Source: an uncultured Nitrospiraceae bacterium (GTDB taxonomy: Bacteria > Nitrospirota > Nitrospiria > Nitrospirales > Nitrospiraceae). From it: DNA of 64,000 nucleotides. Below, piece after piece: positions 51,559 through 62,402 of this stretch; within the stretch, counting starts at the first letter, position 1, and the number at the start of each line of letters is the position of its first letter. A program made the position numbers and the translations under genes. Where the stretch lies: the NCBI GenBank assembly GCA_963730935.1, contig CAVSTP010000004.1, forward strand, positions 1,216,001 through 1,280,000, written 5' to 3'. The notes beneath the pieces were generated by a model. The model saw only the letters and a program-made list of their open reading frames with translations. It ran no database searches and was not told the origin of the DNA.

Positions 51559-53153
51559 CGACAGAGCTCCGCCAACTTGTCGATGATCCGTCCGGTGTGC
51601 GCCTCCCAGGTGAAACGGGAAACCACATCCTTTCTGGCATTTGCGCCGAGGCGCTCTCTCCGCGATTTGTCCTCGACGAGCACAATTATTCCTTCGCACA
51701 AGGACTTGACGTCCGCGGGCTTCACCAATAGAGCTGTCATATCGTGGCGCAGTACTTCTCCGATCTGATCGAGATCCGATGCAACGATGCCCTTCCCCAT
51801 TGCCATATACTCGAACAGCTTCGTCGGAGATCCAAAAAAGGGGGTCCCGTCTGGATTCGGAACATGCGGCGAAACCAGGATATCGCAGGCGGCCAGATGC
51901 TCTGGTCCTTGCTCTTGCGCAATAAGTCCCGTAAAAATCGTAGCGGCTTCAGCTCCTGATTTAGCCAATCGCCGCTTGACTTCTGGCATCATGACGCCGT
52001 CTCCGATCATGAACAGGCGCACCGTATCCCGATGCTGCGGATGAGCGTGCAGCAGTTGACCGAAGGCTTCCGCAAGGACTTCCGCCCCATGCCAACGTCC
52101 AAACGTCCCGATAAACCCGAGGACAATCTTGTCTTCAAGACCGTATCGCCGTCTCACAGCGGTTCCATCCACAGCCGGCGTGTATCGATCGGGGTTTACC
52201 CCATTGGGATTGACGAGAATCTTCGCTGAATCAATACCTTGACCGATAAGTTCCTCTTTGATCGCATTGCTGACGACGACGACAAGATCGGCGGCTGCCA
52301 GATTCAGCGACTCGATGCGCACCGAGAGTGGCTCATACTTCAATGCCTTCCCCCAGTTTCGGGCTACCCAAATTTCAGAACCATTAAATTCAAGGACAAA
52401 AGGGACATGGTAGCGCTGTGCAAGCTTCAGCCCCGTATAGTTATTTAGGCTATACCTTTGATAGATGAAAGCAGGCCGTCGTGAGCCAAGGACTTGTGAA
52501 ACTCTTCCATCGAGGGACTGATTAAATTCGATGCTTGGCAAGTCTCTAAAATCCCTAAACCGTCCAAGCGGGCGCAGCACGTGAGTTTCAACCGATTGGT
52601 CTACTGTGGGAACGTGATCAGTCGTGATAAACACGGGTTGGCCCGAATAGCGGCTCAGGTGGTTGAGCACGCCGGCGATATGGCCGACCGATCCACCGGA
52701 TTGCAAACCGTACGTGAGGTCTGTGCGCAGGTACAGCGGCGATGGTGTCAGGTTGAGTTTTTCCTTTAGCGGAGGCTGGATGTTTCTCAATGACTCCACC
52801 TCGGCAGTAACTTCTCGAAGCAGCCGGGATCTTGCAAATGTATCTAACACAAAACCAAAAAGAAGCTTGGCCAGTAGTTTGGCTCCTATACGTTCTTCCT
52901 GACCCGTTTCATCCTGAAACGTGCAGGGCCCGCGGCTTAGTAGACGTAATAAAATGGCGGTACCCAGTGGTTTGTTCATCAAATCAACTCTATGCGTGTA
53001 CAGCCTGGCCCGCTTATAGGCGAACAGATGCTTTACTCCCTTTCCAGAAACGATTTGCTCACGCAACTTCTCTAAGGGAAGAACGTTGCCTGAGAGGGAG
53101 GCAGGCACTTTCACTCCTAAATCACGCACCACGGTAATTTCAGACGTATCCAT
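51555..53153 (-). CDS. GT4 glycosyltransferase
   Basis: PNGV, GFIGTFGRWHG, SPTKLFEYMAMG. Confidence 0.9.
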   Translation of the reverse strand: MDTSEITVVRDLGVKVPASLSGNVLPLEKLREQIVSGKGVKHLFAYKRARLYTHRVDLMNKPLGTAILLRLLSRGPCTFQDETGQEERIGAKLLAKLLFGFVLDTFARSRLLREVTAEVESLRNIQPPLKEKLNLTPSPLYLRTDLTYGLQSGGSVGHIAGVLNHLSRYSGQPVFITTDHVPTVDQSVETHVLRPLGRFRDFRDLPSIEFNQSLDGRVSQVLGSRRPAFIYQRYSLNNYTGLKLAQRYHVPFVLEFNGSEIWVARNWGKALKYEPLSVRIESLNLAAADLVVVVSNAIKEELIGQGIDSAKILVNPNGVNPDRYTPAVDGTAVRRRYGLEDKIVLGFIGTFGRWHGAEVLAEAFGQLLHAHPQHRDTVRLFMIGDGVMMPEVKRRLAKSGAEAATIFTGLIAQEQGPEHLAACDILVSPHVPNPDGTPFFGSPTKLFEYMAMGKGIVASDLDQIGEVLRHDMTALLVKPADVKSLCEGIIVLVEDKSRRERLGANARKDVVSRFTWEAHTGRIIDKLAELCR

Positions 53154-53162
53154 ACCCCCTAG

Positions 53163-53981
53163 CTAAGTGTGAGAACGATGAACTGGACGGCACGCGACGT
53201 AAAAGCCGGCGGACAATCTCGGCATCCATCTGCCAAGCAAACAGTTAATTTTCATCACAGGTCCAAGACCGGTATAAAAGAGGTTGCTGAAAGGGCCGGC
53301 AAACAGGACTGAGCCGGTTGTGGAAACGATTTCAAAGCCGTGGCTGATCAAAAGCCGCTGAATGGATCCATAGGTAAAACGCTGAACGTGGGGCGAGTCG
53401 GCTAGCGTCGAGGGTGGATAGGGTTCTCCTCGGCTGCAGGAAAATAACGCAGACTTGATCCATCTGACGGCACTGGCCATACGCGTCCGTTCGAGAATCC
53501 ATCCCAGTCCAGTCTTAAACCAAAGAAAACTTTCCATCTCAAACCAGCCGTAGCCGTTGGGCACTGTCACCAAAAGTACACCGTCATGTGCCAGCTTGTT
53601 CTTGATCTCAAACAACATCTTTTCAAGTTCCTCATCAAGAAGGTGCTCTAGGACTTCCGAAGCAATCAAGACGTCGGGTTTGAAGCTCACATCCCGCATG
53701 TTCTGTCGTCGTAATATCGACGCAGAAAGACCGTGTGCGCGCAACAATTCGCGCCCAAACTCAATGCTTTGATGATCCATATCAACGCCAACCACTTGAT
53801 AACCCTGCACTGCCAACGGAATGGTGATCATGGAACCGGTTCCACATCCTAACTCAATGATGGTCATGTCTTTTTGTAGGTAGCCGACGATCCACTCTAA
53901 ACGTTTTGAATGCCCGTAGACATTCTCTGGGATCAGCGGTGGCCTAGGCAGGGAGTTTGTGGAATGCTGACGAGCAGTCAT
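53163..53981 (-). CDS. Class I SAM-dependent methyltransferase
   Basis: ELGCGTG, GVD, SEVLEHL, VTVPNG; ATGA overlap. Confidence 0.87.
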   Translation of the reverse strand: MTARQHSTNSLPRPPLIPENVYGHSKRLEWIVGYLQKDMTIIELGCGTGSMITIPLAVQGYQVVGVDMDHQSIEFGRELLRAHGLSASILRRQNMRDVSFKPDVLIASEVLEHLLDEELEKMLFEIKNKLAHDGVLLVTVPNGYGWFEMESFLWFKTGLGWILERTRMASAVRWIKSALFSCSRGEPYPPSTLADSPHVQRFTYGSIQRLLISHGFEIVSTTGSVLFAGPFSNLFYTGLGPVMKINCLLGRWMPRLSAGFYVACRPVHRSHT

Positions 53982-54802
53982 AACTTGCGGGCACGTACAA
54001 CGACATACCATCCAAAAACGTGTCCCAACCGGTCGAGCAATTTCTGCGGCACAGGGCGTATGAGACGAGCAATCGTCCCGGGGAAATCCTCATGGACGAG
54101 TTTCCGACATCCAATGAACTCGATAGAGAATCGTGCTTGTTGAACAAGTTCTTGGACCTCCGCTTTGGAATAGACATTCACAATCGGCATCGCATCGCTA
54201 GCCGTGTATTCGATTAGAGACCGGCGCTCTTCAAGAGACAGCTTCCGAAATCCCCCTTTCAGGATGTGGGCCCATAGACAAATACTGAGCCTATAGAACA
54301 CGGAATTTTTATGATAAAGCGTCAACCAAAATTCGCCTCGAGGTTTCAGTATTCTATGGATCTCGTCGAAGCCCTTGCGGATATTGGGGATGTGGTGTAG
54401 TACACCATTCGAAAATGTTAGATCGAAGGATTCATTTGAAAACTCTAAGTTTTCGGCGTCACCGAGACGAGTGTCCGCATCGAAGCCAACTAGACGAAGG
54501 TGCTTCTTGGTTCGCTCAATGTTTTCGGGTGTGATATCGATCCCGGTATAGTTCGCACCATTTCGGCAAAATTCGTAGGCGTCATAGCCTGCTCCACACC
54601 CTACCTCCAAAACTCTTCTCCCTCTCGTCTTGTCAAAGGGAAAGACTTCAGACAACCAAGGCAATTCATAAGTAGAGCGTTTCCTTATGACATTCTCAAA
54701 ATATTCCTTTGTCCCTAGGGCAGCGCCCTCACCGTAAACCCACCCTGCCGGTGAGGCGCCCCAAACCTGTTTAGCCGCTTCCTTCCCATCGTATGGAGTC
54801 AT
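53978..54802 (-). CDS. Class I SAM-dependent methyltransferase
   Basis: VLEVGCGAG, GDAENL, NGVLHH, RILKP. Confidence 0.9.
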   Translation of the reverse strand: MTPYDGKEAAKQVWGASPAGWVYGEGAALGTKEYFENVIRKRSTYELPWLSEVFPFDKTRGRRVLEVGCGAGYDAYEFCRNGANYTGIDITPENIERTKKHLRLVGFDADTRLGDAENLEFSNESFDLTFSNGVLHHIPNIRKGFDEIHRILKPRGEFWLTLYHKNSVFYRLSICLWAHILKGGFRKLSLEERRSLIEYTASDAMPIVNVYSKAEVQELVQQARFSIEFIGCRKLVHEDFPGTIARLIRPVPQKLLDRLGHVFGWYVVVRARKL

Positions 54803-54926
54803 CTTTCTCCTTCATGAGAACTCAAATCTCGCGTCGACACGTTGCCCTTGCACAGACGTGATTCTGATTGTGCCTCCGCTTCGTGATCCACTAACTTGCC
54901 ATGTCGAGTGATGGGACCAGCGTCGC

Positions 54927-55751
54927 TTAACGAAACGTGCAGGCAACGGCGAGGCATTCTCTGGTGTCGGGCCATGCCCAAAAGGCAAGCGTCTGAAGAG
55001 GATAGTGAAAGAACTGTTCCAATGGGGAACCTGCTTGGGAATAATTGTAAAACTCTTCTTTGACGATCCGAAGATCCATGTGGTCGACCAAGGCCCTCAA
55101 TTCGGCGATCGTATATTCATGGTGGTGACCGATGAAGGGAATGTCTGAACGTACGATATCTTGGATGGGAACGAGGGGAGTCTCCCCGCGCAACAATGCC
55201 ATACGCTTGGGCCAATAGGCGATGTTCGGAACCTCCAGATAGATGGCTCCATCGCGTTTGAGCATCGCCACCACATTGTCTAAAAGCGGCTTTGGCGAAT
55301 GGGGGTAATGTTCCAGCACTGCCATGATGGTCACAAGATCGAATGTGCCGACGAGAGATGCGGCCGGTTCAAATGGATCCATGTCGACGATGGTAACCCC
55401 TTTGGTTCGCACAAAATCAAACAGCTTGTGGAAGGAATCGCTATAGAATTTCAACGATTCGGTCATCGTCACTTCACATCCCAATCGTTGAAACGTCAAT
55501 GGTAAGACACCCCAGAAGCCTCCCACATCGCAGACCGTTCGTCCCTCAGTCAACTTGCAAAGTGACGCATAGGCCCGGTAGTAGCGGGGCGAGGACGCCT
55601 GCAGGTACCGACCAAAATCGAACCGGTCAGGATGCCAACCGTAACAGTGCGCGGCCAACTCCACTTGCATCTCTCGTGTCCAGTACCCGAGCACCTGCTG
55701 GACCGATTCCTGGTACGCACGGACAAACTCTTGATACGTACAAGGGTTCAA
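54927..55751 (-). CDS. Class I SAM-dependent methyltransferase
   Basis: CDVGG, FDLVTIMAVLEH, LEVPN, HHHEYT. Confidence 0.82.
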   Translation of the reverse strand: MNPCTYQEFVRAYQESVQQVLGYWTREMQVELAAHCYGWHPDRFDFGRYLQASSPRYYRAYASLCKLTEGRTVCDVGGFWGVLPLTFQRLGCEVTMTESLKFYSDSFHKLFDFVRTKGVTIVDMDPFEPAASLVGTFDLVTIMAVLEHYPHSPKPLLDNVVAMLKRDGAIYLEVPNIAYWPKRMALLRGETPLVPIQDIVRSDIPFIGHHHEYTIAELRALVDHMDLRIVKEEFYNYSQAGSPLEQFFHYPLQTLAFWAWPDTRECLAVACTFR

Positions 55752-55781
55752 ATTGCCGCCGATCCTGACTTATTGCTCTTT

Positions 55782-57068
55782 CTAAGGCCCAACGGGTGCC
55801 GGAAGCCGATGTCTGTAGATATACGATAGGACAATAGTCAGCATGATGCCGGCCGACACCGTCATGCTTATTGAGGCGCCCTGAATGCCGAGCGAAGGAA
55901 TCAAATTCAGGTTTAAGGCTACATTTGCTATAGCAGCGATCCCCGATGAGTACATCACTACGGGAGGCATCCCGATCGACGCCAAGTAGTTCATCAATAA
56001 TGAACTCACCGACAACAGCACGATGCCGGGCAGGAGCCAGACGAAGGCGGCGGTCGCTGGTTGAAATGCCGGACCATAAAGCGTGCGAATAAGGGGCCCA
56101 GACCCGAACGAGGCTATCACCGCGATCGCCATCATGATGAGGCCAATAACACCCGCAATCCTTTTGGAAAACCTCCACCGCTCAGCATCATCACACATGC
56201 CGGAGAGAGCGGGAAACAGGATGGTACCCACCGTCATCGGTAGCATGTACAAGGCGTCGGTTAGCGTGACGGCCACCGAGTAATATCCGGCCTGTTCCAC
56301 GCCAAGTAGATACTGGATGAGCAGCAAATCAAGCCGGAGCGCAACAAATGCAAACAACGCAGCCACATACCCGCGCAGGCTATAACCCAAACCTTCCCGA
56401 AACAGGTCGAACGACGGACGTGCGAGATGGACAGCGTGCCTGTTCAGAATCGTGAATGTCCACACTAGGCTCCAGCCCAAGGCAAGCAATCCCATGGCGA
56501 AGACCGTTTCCGCAGTCACGAACCCGGACAAGATCACCGCGCCGATAAGGATCACTGATAGTATCTTGCTTGCCAATTCGACTTGGTTGTACGCTCGGAT
56601 CTCGCCAATGCCTAACAACAGATTTTGGAACAAGAGGTAGCACAGACCGAAAGGAAGCCAGCAGAGACTCAGCCAGAGCAGTAGTCCATGAAGCGGCGCC
56701 AACGTCGGATGGAGGGAAAACACAAGACCCACTGCTGCTGCCACCGCTCCGCCAAGCCCGATTCCCACTACAGCAGAATTCACCACCAATGTGGAAAGCA
56801 ATTCCGGTTTCTTGGCCACGGTGTACGTATTTGATGCGTGCAGACCGAGATTACAGAACTGGACGCCGATCGCGCCGATTGCGACTGCGACCGCATAGGC
56901 CCCACGCCCCTCAGGGCCGAGGACGCGTGCGACGATCACGCTGGCGACAAACCCGATCCCGAGCAGCAGGATTCTGTTGGTAAACGTTACTGCAACGTTG
57001 CGAAAAAACCCCGATGCTGTCACGCGACGAACATACTGGGAGCAGCTCCGCCAAAAAGAGAACACCAT
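55782..57068 (-). CDS. wzx: Wzx-type oligosaccharide flippase
   Basis: ARVLGPEGRG, many TMs, RLD, GYYSVA, LFP, LIP..GIQGA; start uncertain. Confidence 0.85.
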   Translation of the reverse strand: MVFSFWRSCSQYVRRVTASGFFRNVAVTFTNRILLLGIGFVASVIVARVLGPEGRGAYAVAVAIGAIGVQFCNLGLHASNTYTVAKKPELLSTLVVNSAVVGIGLGGAVAAAVGLVFSLHPTLAPLHGLLLWLSLCWLPFGLCYLLFQNLLLGIGEIRAYNQVELASKILSVILIGAVILSGFVTAETVFAMGLLALGWSLVWTFTILNRHAVHLARPSFDLFREGLGYSLRGYVAALFAFVALRLDLLLIQYLLGVEQAGYYSVAVTLTDALYMLPMTVGTILFPALSGMCDDAERWRFSKRIAGVIGLIMMAIAVIASFGSGPLIRTLYGPAFQPATAAFVWLLPGIVLLSVSSLLMNYLASIGMPPVVMYSSGIAAIANVALNLNLIPSLGIQGASISMTVSAGIMLTIVLSYIYRHRLPAPVGP

Positions 57069-57097
57069 CGCGTGTTCCACCGACTCGGCTTTCTGTC

Positions 57098-58996
57098 TCA
57101 CGCGATGTATTCCTTCCACCAAAGCGCAAAATTCAGGAGGTACCACACCTCAGGGCCGCGCCTCTCGTCCAGCAACCGAGACACTTCGGCAGGGTTGAAA
57201 AAGTCTGTCTTCTTGCAGAACATGTGCAGTTCGGATTTTGCGTGGTCGCCAAGCCGGTCAAAAAACCATTCGTACACCGGTACCCCGAAGCCTTGTTTGG
57301 GTCGATCGATGAGCTCGTCTGGAATGACGCCTCGTACCGATTTCTTCAAAATATGTTTCAGCGTCCCGTGTTTCGTTTTCACCCGCTCAGGAATACTCAT
57401 GGCGAACTCTACAAACTTATGGTCCAAAAATGGCACTCTCCCCTCCAAACTCACACCCATACTCATCTTGTCGACCCGCATGAGTAGCAGTTCAGGTAAT
57501 CGAAGATTGAGATCGATGTAGCTCATCCAATTCAGATGGCTTTTTTCCCAGGCTTTGTCATCAAATCGTCGTCTGATAGGTTCAATCGCATCCCAGGAGC
57601 TCGCTCCTTGTAATTGCCGCGCCAACCTGGGCGAGAGAAGCCGTGATTTCTGCGCCTCTGTGAAGGCCTCTGCACCTCCCCAGAAGACCGGCAGACCCAA
57701 TGATCCGCGACGAAGGTATTCATACTTCCGCCCATGATTTTTTCCAACCGCAGTGAGGCATGAGAGGCCAACCTTCTTGATCCAACGCGGAACCGGCACA
57801 TCGTCCCAGGACTGCAGCTGAAGCATTTGCTTCCAGGCGGAATATCCCCAGAACAGTTCGTCCGATCCTTCGCCGACCTGGCACACGATCACCCCATTGT
57901 CCCGAGCAAGTTTAGACACGTAATAGACCGGCACACACACCGGGTCTGCAATCGGCTCGTCTTGCAACTTGATCATGAGCGGAAGGAAATCGAGGAGATC
58001 GTCCATGGTAAGTAAGCGCTCATGATGGTCGGCGCCTACTTCTTGGGCCATCCTCCTAGCATAGTGCAATTCATTCTGATAACTCTGGTACTCACCTTGG
58101 TACCCGATGGAAAAGGTCTTGACCGGCCTGGTCTCCCCTTCCGAAAACAGCGCCGCGTTGGTGCTGGAGTCGATGCCTCCAGAAAGGAACACTCCAACGG
58201 GTACATCGCTGACCTTCCTGTACTTCACCGCGGTCCGCAGTTCATCCAGCAATCGGCCGGCAATGTCATCTTCCGATACGCCGACGAGAGGATTGGTGTG
58301 ATCCCACACGTCCCAGTAGCGATGTTCTGTGATTGTGCCGTCATCTTTGACGCGGAGCCACGTGCCGCCCGGCAGTTTTCGAATGCCGTCGAAGAGGGTC
58401 TGAGGTGCCGGTGTTGTTAGAAAAGATAAGTAATGAAAAAACGCCTCCTCATGCACCGACCGCGGCTGATCTGGATCTTGTAACAGCGCCTTAATTTCTG
58501 ACGCGAAGGTAATCCGTCCGTGATGGATGCTGTAATAGAGCGGCTTAATGCCAATTCGGTCCCTGACGAGCCAAAGTTCGCGGGATCTGGTGTCCCACAG
58601 CGCTATAGCGAACATGCCACGGAACTTTTGAAGGCACTCGATTCCCCATTCCTCGAATGCATGAAGAATAACTTCGGTATCGGAGTGATCGGTCTTCCAT
58701 CGATGGCCCCCTATGCTCTCCAATTCCCTGCGGATCTCAGCATGATTATAGATTTCGCCGTTAAATGACACCCAGACAGTTCCGTCTTCGTTGCACATCG
58801 GCTGTGTGGCCGCTTCCGACAGATCGATGATCGAGAGGCGGCGATGGCCCAAGCCAATCCGCCTGTCAGTGGCAATCCACACACCTGCCCCGTCGGGTCC
58901 ACGATGAGTCATCACATCTCGCATTCTGGAGACGTAGGGCTCGGTGACCCGAAAGGAAGACTGGTCAAAAACCAACGCGCCGACTATGCCGCACAT
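57098..58996 (-). CDS. asnB: Asparagine synthase-like amidotransferase (probable glycan amidation, WbpS-like role)
   Basis: MCGI, HRGPD, RRLSIID, FNGEIYN, LSGGIDS, GEGSDE, RVPFLD. Confidence 0.93.
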   Translation of the reverse strand: MCGIVGALVFDQSSFRVTEPYVSRMRDVMTHRGPDGAGVWIATDRRIGLGHRRLSIIDLSEAATQPMCNEDGTVWVSFNGEIYNHAEIRRELESIGGHRWKTDHSDTEVILHAFEEWGIECLQKFRGMFAIALWDTRSRELWLVRDRIGIKPLYYSIHHGRITFASEIKALLQDPDQPRSVHEEAFFHYLSFLTTPAPQTLFDGIRKLPGGTWLRVKDDGTITEHRYWDVWDHTNPLVGVSEDDIAGRLLDELRTAVKYRKVSDVPVGVFLSGGIDSSTNAALFSEGETRPVKTFSIGYQGEYQSYQNELHYARRMAQEVGADHHERLLTMDDLLDFLPLMIKLQDEPIADPVCVPVYYVSKLARDNGVIVCQVGEGSDELFWGYSAWKQMLQLQSWDDVPVPRWIKKVGLSCLTAVGKNHGRKYEYLRRGSLGLPVFWGGAEAFTEAQKSRLLSPRLARQLQGASSWDAIEPIRRRFDDKAWEKSHLNWMSYIDLNLRLPELLLMRVDKMSMGVSLEGRVPFLDHKFVEFAMSIPERVKTKHGTLKHILKKSVRGVIPDELIDRPKQGFGVPVYEWFFDRLGDHAKSELHMFCKKTDFFNPAEVSRLLDERRGPEVWYLLNFALWWKEYIA

Positions 58997-59025
58997 TCAA
59001 GTGTCTCCGGAGGTCGCATCCCGCT

Positions 59026-60216
59026 TCACATACGAACAAGTCTATTCCTATATGTCTTCAATAAGGGAAGCAGTTGCTCTGCGAGATACTCCCCAATACG
59101 GCTCTGTCCCTCCTCATATAGATGGACAGAGTCGAAGAAAAAGCGATCACGCGGCTTCAACGATTCACGGATCCACTCCTCCAAATCCACCAGCAATAGA
59201 TTCTGACTTTTGGCTAATCGGCGAAGCCCCTTGTTATATTCTTCACTAATTTTTGCTAGGACATAGGGATTGTCAGTGAAAGTGGGGAGGTGGCCGACTA
59301 TCAGTGCTCGCGGAGAGGGCTCCTCTTCCATTACAAAAAGACCCGGCAGTGTGATCAGGACAACCTCACTTCCTGCAGCCCGCATTTCTTTCACAATCGT
59401 TTCAAGCTCGGCCATGAAGGTCGGCGCATAGCCATCTAATGCCTCCACCTCTGGAGCGTCACGCTGTACATGTTTTGGTTTGCTGTAAGCCTCTAACGCC
59501 ATCTCTGTACGGCCGAAAATCCGTTCGCGTACCTTTCCATAGGCCTTTCTAAAGAGCCGCACGCTCTTGAGATGGTATTCGACTCCATAACTCTCCGGCT
59601 CCGCGTACAACGCGTTCCATCCAATATAGATGGTAGTTATCTCTGGACGAAGCGCCTTGAATTCTTCAATGCGCCCGAGGACATTGTCTGGACCATATCC
59701 CTCGACGCCGGCATTAATGACCTCGACCGACTCCCCCAAGCGGCCGAGCTCCCGTTCGAGCGCTCGAGGATACGAGTATTCATCGAACATCGTCCCAAAC
59801 GTGCAGGAGTCGCCTATCGTCAAAATCCTAACGCGTGAGTGCGTCTTATCAATCTCGGGTCCTTTGAATCCATCTGCATTAATTCGCATCACGACAGCAT
59901 TAGGTTCAATTTTGAGCGCTGCAGCCCTCTGCTTGAGCAGTTCCTCCGCGAAGACCCTGCCACTCTCCTTTTTAGCTTGGATGATCTGACCGATAGTGGC
60001 CGAATAGCCAGCTTTGGGCTTCCAATTCCATGGATGCGCCACATCGGCTACCTCGTAGTCGTCCAAGACGTTCGGATCTACGCTGACTACCTCATCTCGG
60101 AGTTGTTCTTTGATGGCGAAAAACAGTCGCGCACCCCCTTCCACAGCCAATGCCATCGCGGCAAGGACAATTGCGGCAACCGCAATCTGAACCCGAGTGC
60201 GTCGTAGGATTATCAT
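59026..60216 (-). CDS. Membrane-anchored SGNH/GDSL-family protein
   Basis: N-terminal TM, GDSCTFG, VINAG, GWN, DSVH. Confidence 0.82.
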   Translation of the reverse strand: MIILRRTRVQIAVAAIVLAAMALAVEGGARLFFAIKEQLRDEVVSVDPNVLDDYEVADVAHPWNWKPKAGYSATIGQIIQAKKESGRVFAEELLKQRAAALKIEPNAVVMRINADGFKGPEIDKTHSRVRILTIGDSCTFGTMFDEYSYPRALERELGRLGESVEVINAGVEGYGPDNVLGRIEEFKALRPEITTIYIGWNALYAEPESYGVEYHLKSVRLFRKAYGKVRERIFGRTEMALEAYSKPKHVQRDAPEVEALDGYAPTFMAELETIVKEMRAAGSEVVLITLPGLFVMEEEPSPRALIVGHLPTFTDNPYVLAKISEEYNKGLRRLAKSQNLLLVDLEEWIRESLKPRDRFFFDSVHLYEEGQSRIGEYLAEQLLPLLKTYRNRLVRM

Positions 60217-60248
60217 CGTGGCAGGAACGGAGCGGTGAGGACTTTTCG

Positions 60249-62402
60249 TTATTCCCAGCCCGGATTGATCTGGTCTTCCACCTGAAAACTGATTTCGGTC
60301 GCTTGCAGTTGTTGCCAAAGAGGGATCGGCCATTCTCCTCCATCTCGGATCACTCGGCCGAACGATTCGAGTTCATGCTTCTGCCCTTTATCCGCGATCG
60401 CCGAGTCGACTCCCTTTGCCATGGCACCGGCAATCGTGAGTCGTTTGTAATCGTCCAAGAACAGCACCTTTCCGTCGACGAATATCTCGAAGCGTTCTTT
60501 AGGGTAATCGGAGGTTCCCAGCGCCGTGTAGGTTAACGTCGCGATTGAGCCGTCCTGAAATGTGATGGTCGTGATAAAGTTGTCATGTCGGCGGTAGTGG
60601 CCTGTCGCGGGGCGAATGGCGTCACTGTGGACTTTCTCAACACGACTGTCCGTGAGGGCCGTGAAGAGATCATAGATGTGGCACGCCTCGCCGATGTTTC
60701 GTCCTCCGCCCTCTTTTCCATGCACCCAATGATCCATCCCGAGATGGCCCGCATTCATGCGGTAATTGAGGATCATTGGATTGCTTCGATTGGCGATGAG
60801 CTCACGAATGCGCGAGACCGCAGGGGAAAATCGGCGATTAAACCCGGTCAGGAGCAAGGGAAGTCCCATCCCATTCCCCTTCGCGTAAAGATCCTGAATT
60901 GAGGCCAATTCTGCCCTGGACAACGCGAGTGGCTTTTCCACCAACACATGCTTGCCGGCGTGAAGGGCTTGAAGAACCATCCCGCTATGAAGATCGTGAC
61001 GCGTCGAGATCAGTACGGCTTGAACTTCGGTGTCCTTGAGCACTGCTTCATAGTCTGTGGTGGAGTATTGCGCACCGAACTGCTTCGCCGTGGCGACCGC
61101 ATTATGGCCGGAACGACTCATAATGGCATGTATGCTGTAAAGGTGCGACAACGCCTTTAGGTTCGGCAAGTGCATGGCCTTCGCAAATCCGCCTGCTCCT
61201 ATGATAGCCATGCGGATTCGAGCCCCCCCTGCTGGTTGGGCAATCGGGTTCATGATGACCCGGGACTGTGCAGGTTCCCTTATTTCATGAGGATAGGTGA
61301 GGAGGACCATGAGAGGCTTTTTTTGATCGGTCTTCAACCGCTCATATGCCACGGGAGCCTCATTGATCGGGTAGGTTGCCTCAATCAATGGAGCGACAGT
61401 GACCTTCCGTTCGTTCAACATGCGTAGGTACTCGGACATGTTGCGGTTTTCCGTCCAGCGCACAAAGGCAACAGGGTAATCAAGACCCTCCTCTTCATAC
61501 CGGCGGTCGTATCGGCCTGGACCATAGGAACTCGATATCAAGAAGTCCAGCTCCTTTTGATAGAAGTCTGCTCGGTTCAACTGAAGCCCGACATCGCCGA
61601 CGAGTACGACGCGTCCCTTTTTCCGGCACATTTGAAACGCCGTCGAGACAATCGCATCCGAGGGACTTGCTGCCGTGATGATCACGCCGTCCGCGCCAAT
61701 CCCGTCCGTGAGGCGGATGACCTGCTCTATACTGGCTCCCTCCTCCGGATAGACACCCACATCCATTCCCAACCGCTTTCCGAGATCGATGCGATCATGG
61801 GATAAATCAGTCCCGATGATCCGACACCCGTTCGACCGCAGCATCTGGCAGGTCAATTGACCAAGAATCCCTAATCCAAGTACGACAAAAGTTTCGCCTA
61901 GAGTCGGAGCGGCCCGGCGGAGACCTTGTAATGCGATTGCCCCCAACGTCACGGTACTGGCTGCCTCGAAATCGAGTCCATCCGGAATGGGAACCGTCAA
62001 ATTTCGTGGAACATTGATGACCGCGGCATGGTGGGCACATTGTGCTCCTGCACAGGCGACCTGGTCTCCGATGGCGATGTCATGGACATCAGCACCAACA
62101 CCGATGACGACTCCTGCTGCTGAATAACCGGTAGGCTGCCCAGAGGTGAGCGCCCCCTGTGCATGGCTTATCGTCTGAGCGAGGCCTCGCTCCGACACCA
62201 TCGCAATGGCTTTTTTCACCTTTGCCGGGTAACGGAACGCTTTTCTCCATAACGGCTCCCCGCTGGCCTTGAGGCCACTGAGCTCTGTCCCGATAGAAAT
62301 GCACGAATTACGCACTTGTACAAGCACGGTACCGGGCTCGACACTTGGAGCGGGCACCTCTTCGATGACCACCTGCCCTTGCTTAATGAGTACTTGCTTC
62401 AA
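60249..62402 (-). CDS. Bi-domain oxidoreductase (MDR-like + Gfo/Idh/MocA)
   Basis: SIGTE, GYSAAG, GLGILG, SYGPGRYD, WTENRN, EKPL, GFNRRF, GEACH; TTG with GGAGG RBS. Confidence 0.9.
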   Translation of the reverse strand: MKQVLIKQGQVVIEEVPAPSVEPGTVLVQVRNSCISIGTELSGLKASGEPLWRKAFRYPAKVKKAIAMVSERGLAQTISHAQGALTSGQPTGYSAAGVVIGVGADVHDIAIGDQVACAGAQCAHHAAVINVPRNLTVPIPDGLDFEAASTVTLGAIALQGLRRAAPTLGETFVVLGLGILGQLTCQMLRSNGCRIIGTDLSHDRIDLGKRLGMDVGVYPEEGASIEQVIRLTDGIGADGVIITAASPSDAIVSTAFQMCRKKGRVVLVGDVGLQLNRADFYQKELDFLISSSYGPGRYDRRYEEEGLDYPVAFVRWTENRNMSEYLRMLNERKVTVAPLIEATYPINEAPVAYERLKTDQKKPLMVLLTYPHEIREPAQSRVIMNPIAQPAGGARIRMAIIGAGGFAKAMHLPNLKALSHLYSIHAIMSRSGHNAVATAKQFGAQYSTTDYEAVLKDTEVQAVLISTRHDLHSGMVLQALHAGKHVLVEKPLALSRAELASIQDLYAKGNGMGLPLLLTGFNRRFSPAVSRIRELIANRSNPMILNYRMNAGHLGMDHWVHGKEGGGRNIGEACHIYDLFTALTDSRVEKVHSDAIRPATGHYRRHDNFITTITFQDGSIATLTYTALGTSDYPKERFEIFVDGKVLFLDDYKRLTIAGAMAKGVDSAIADKGQKHELESFGRVIRDGGEWPIPLWQQLQATEISFQVEDQINPGWE

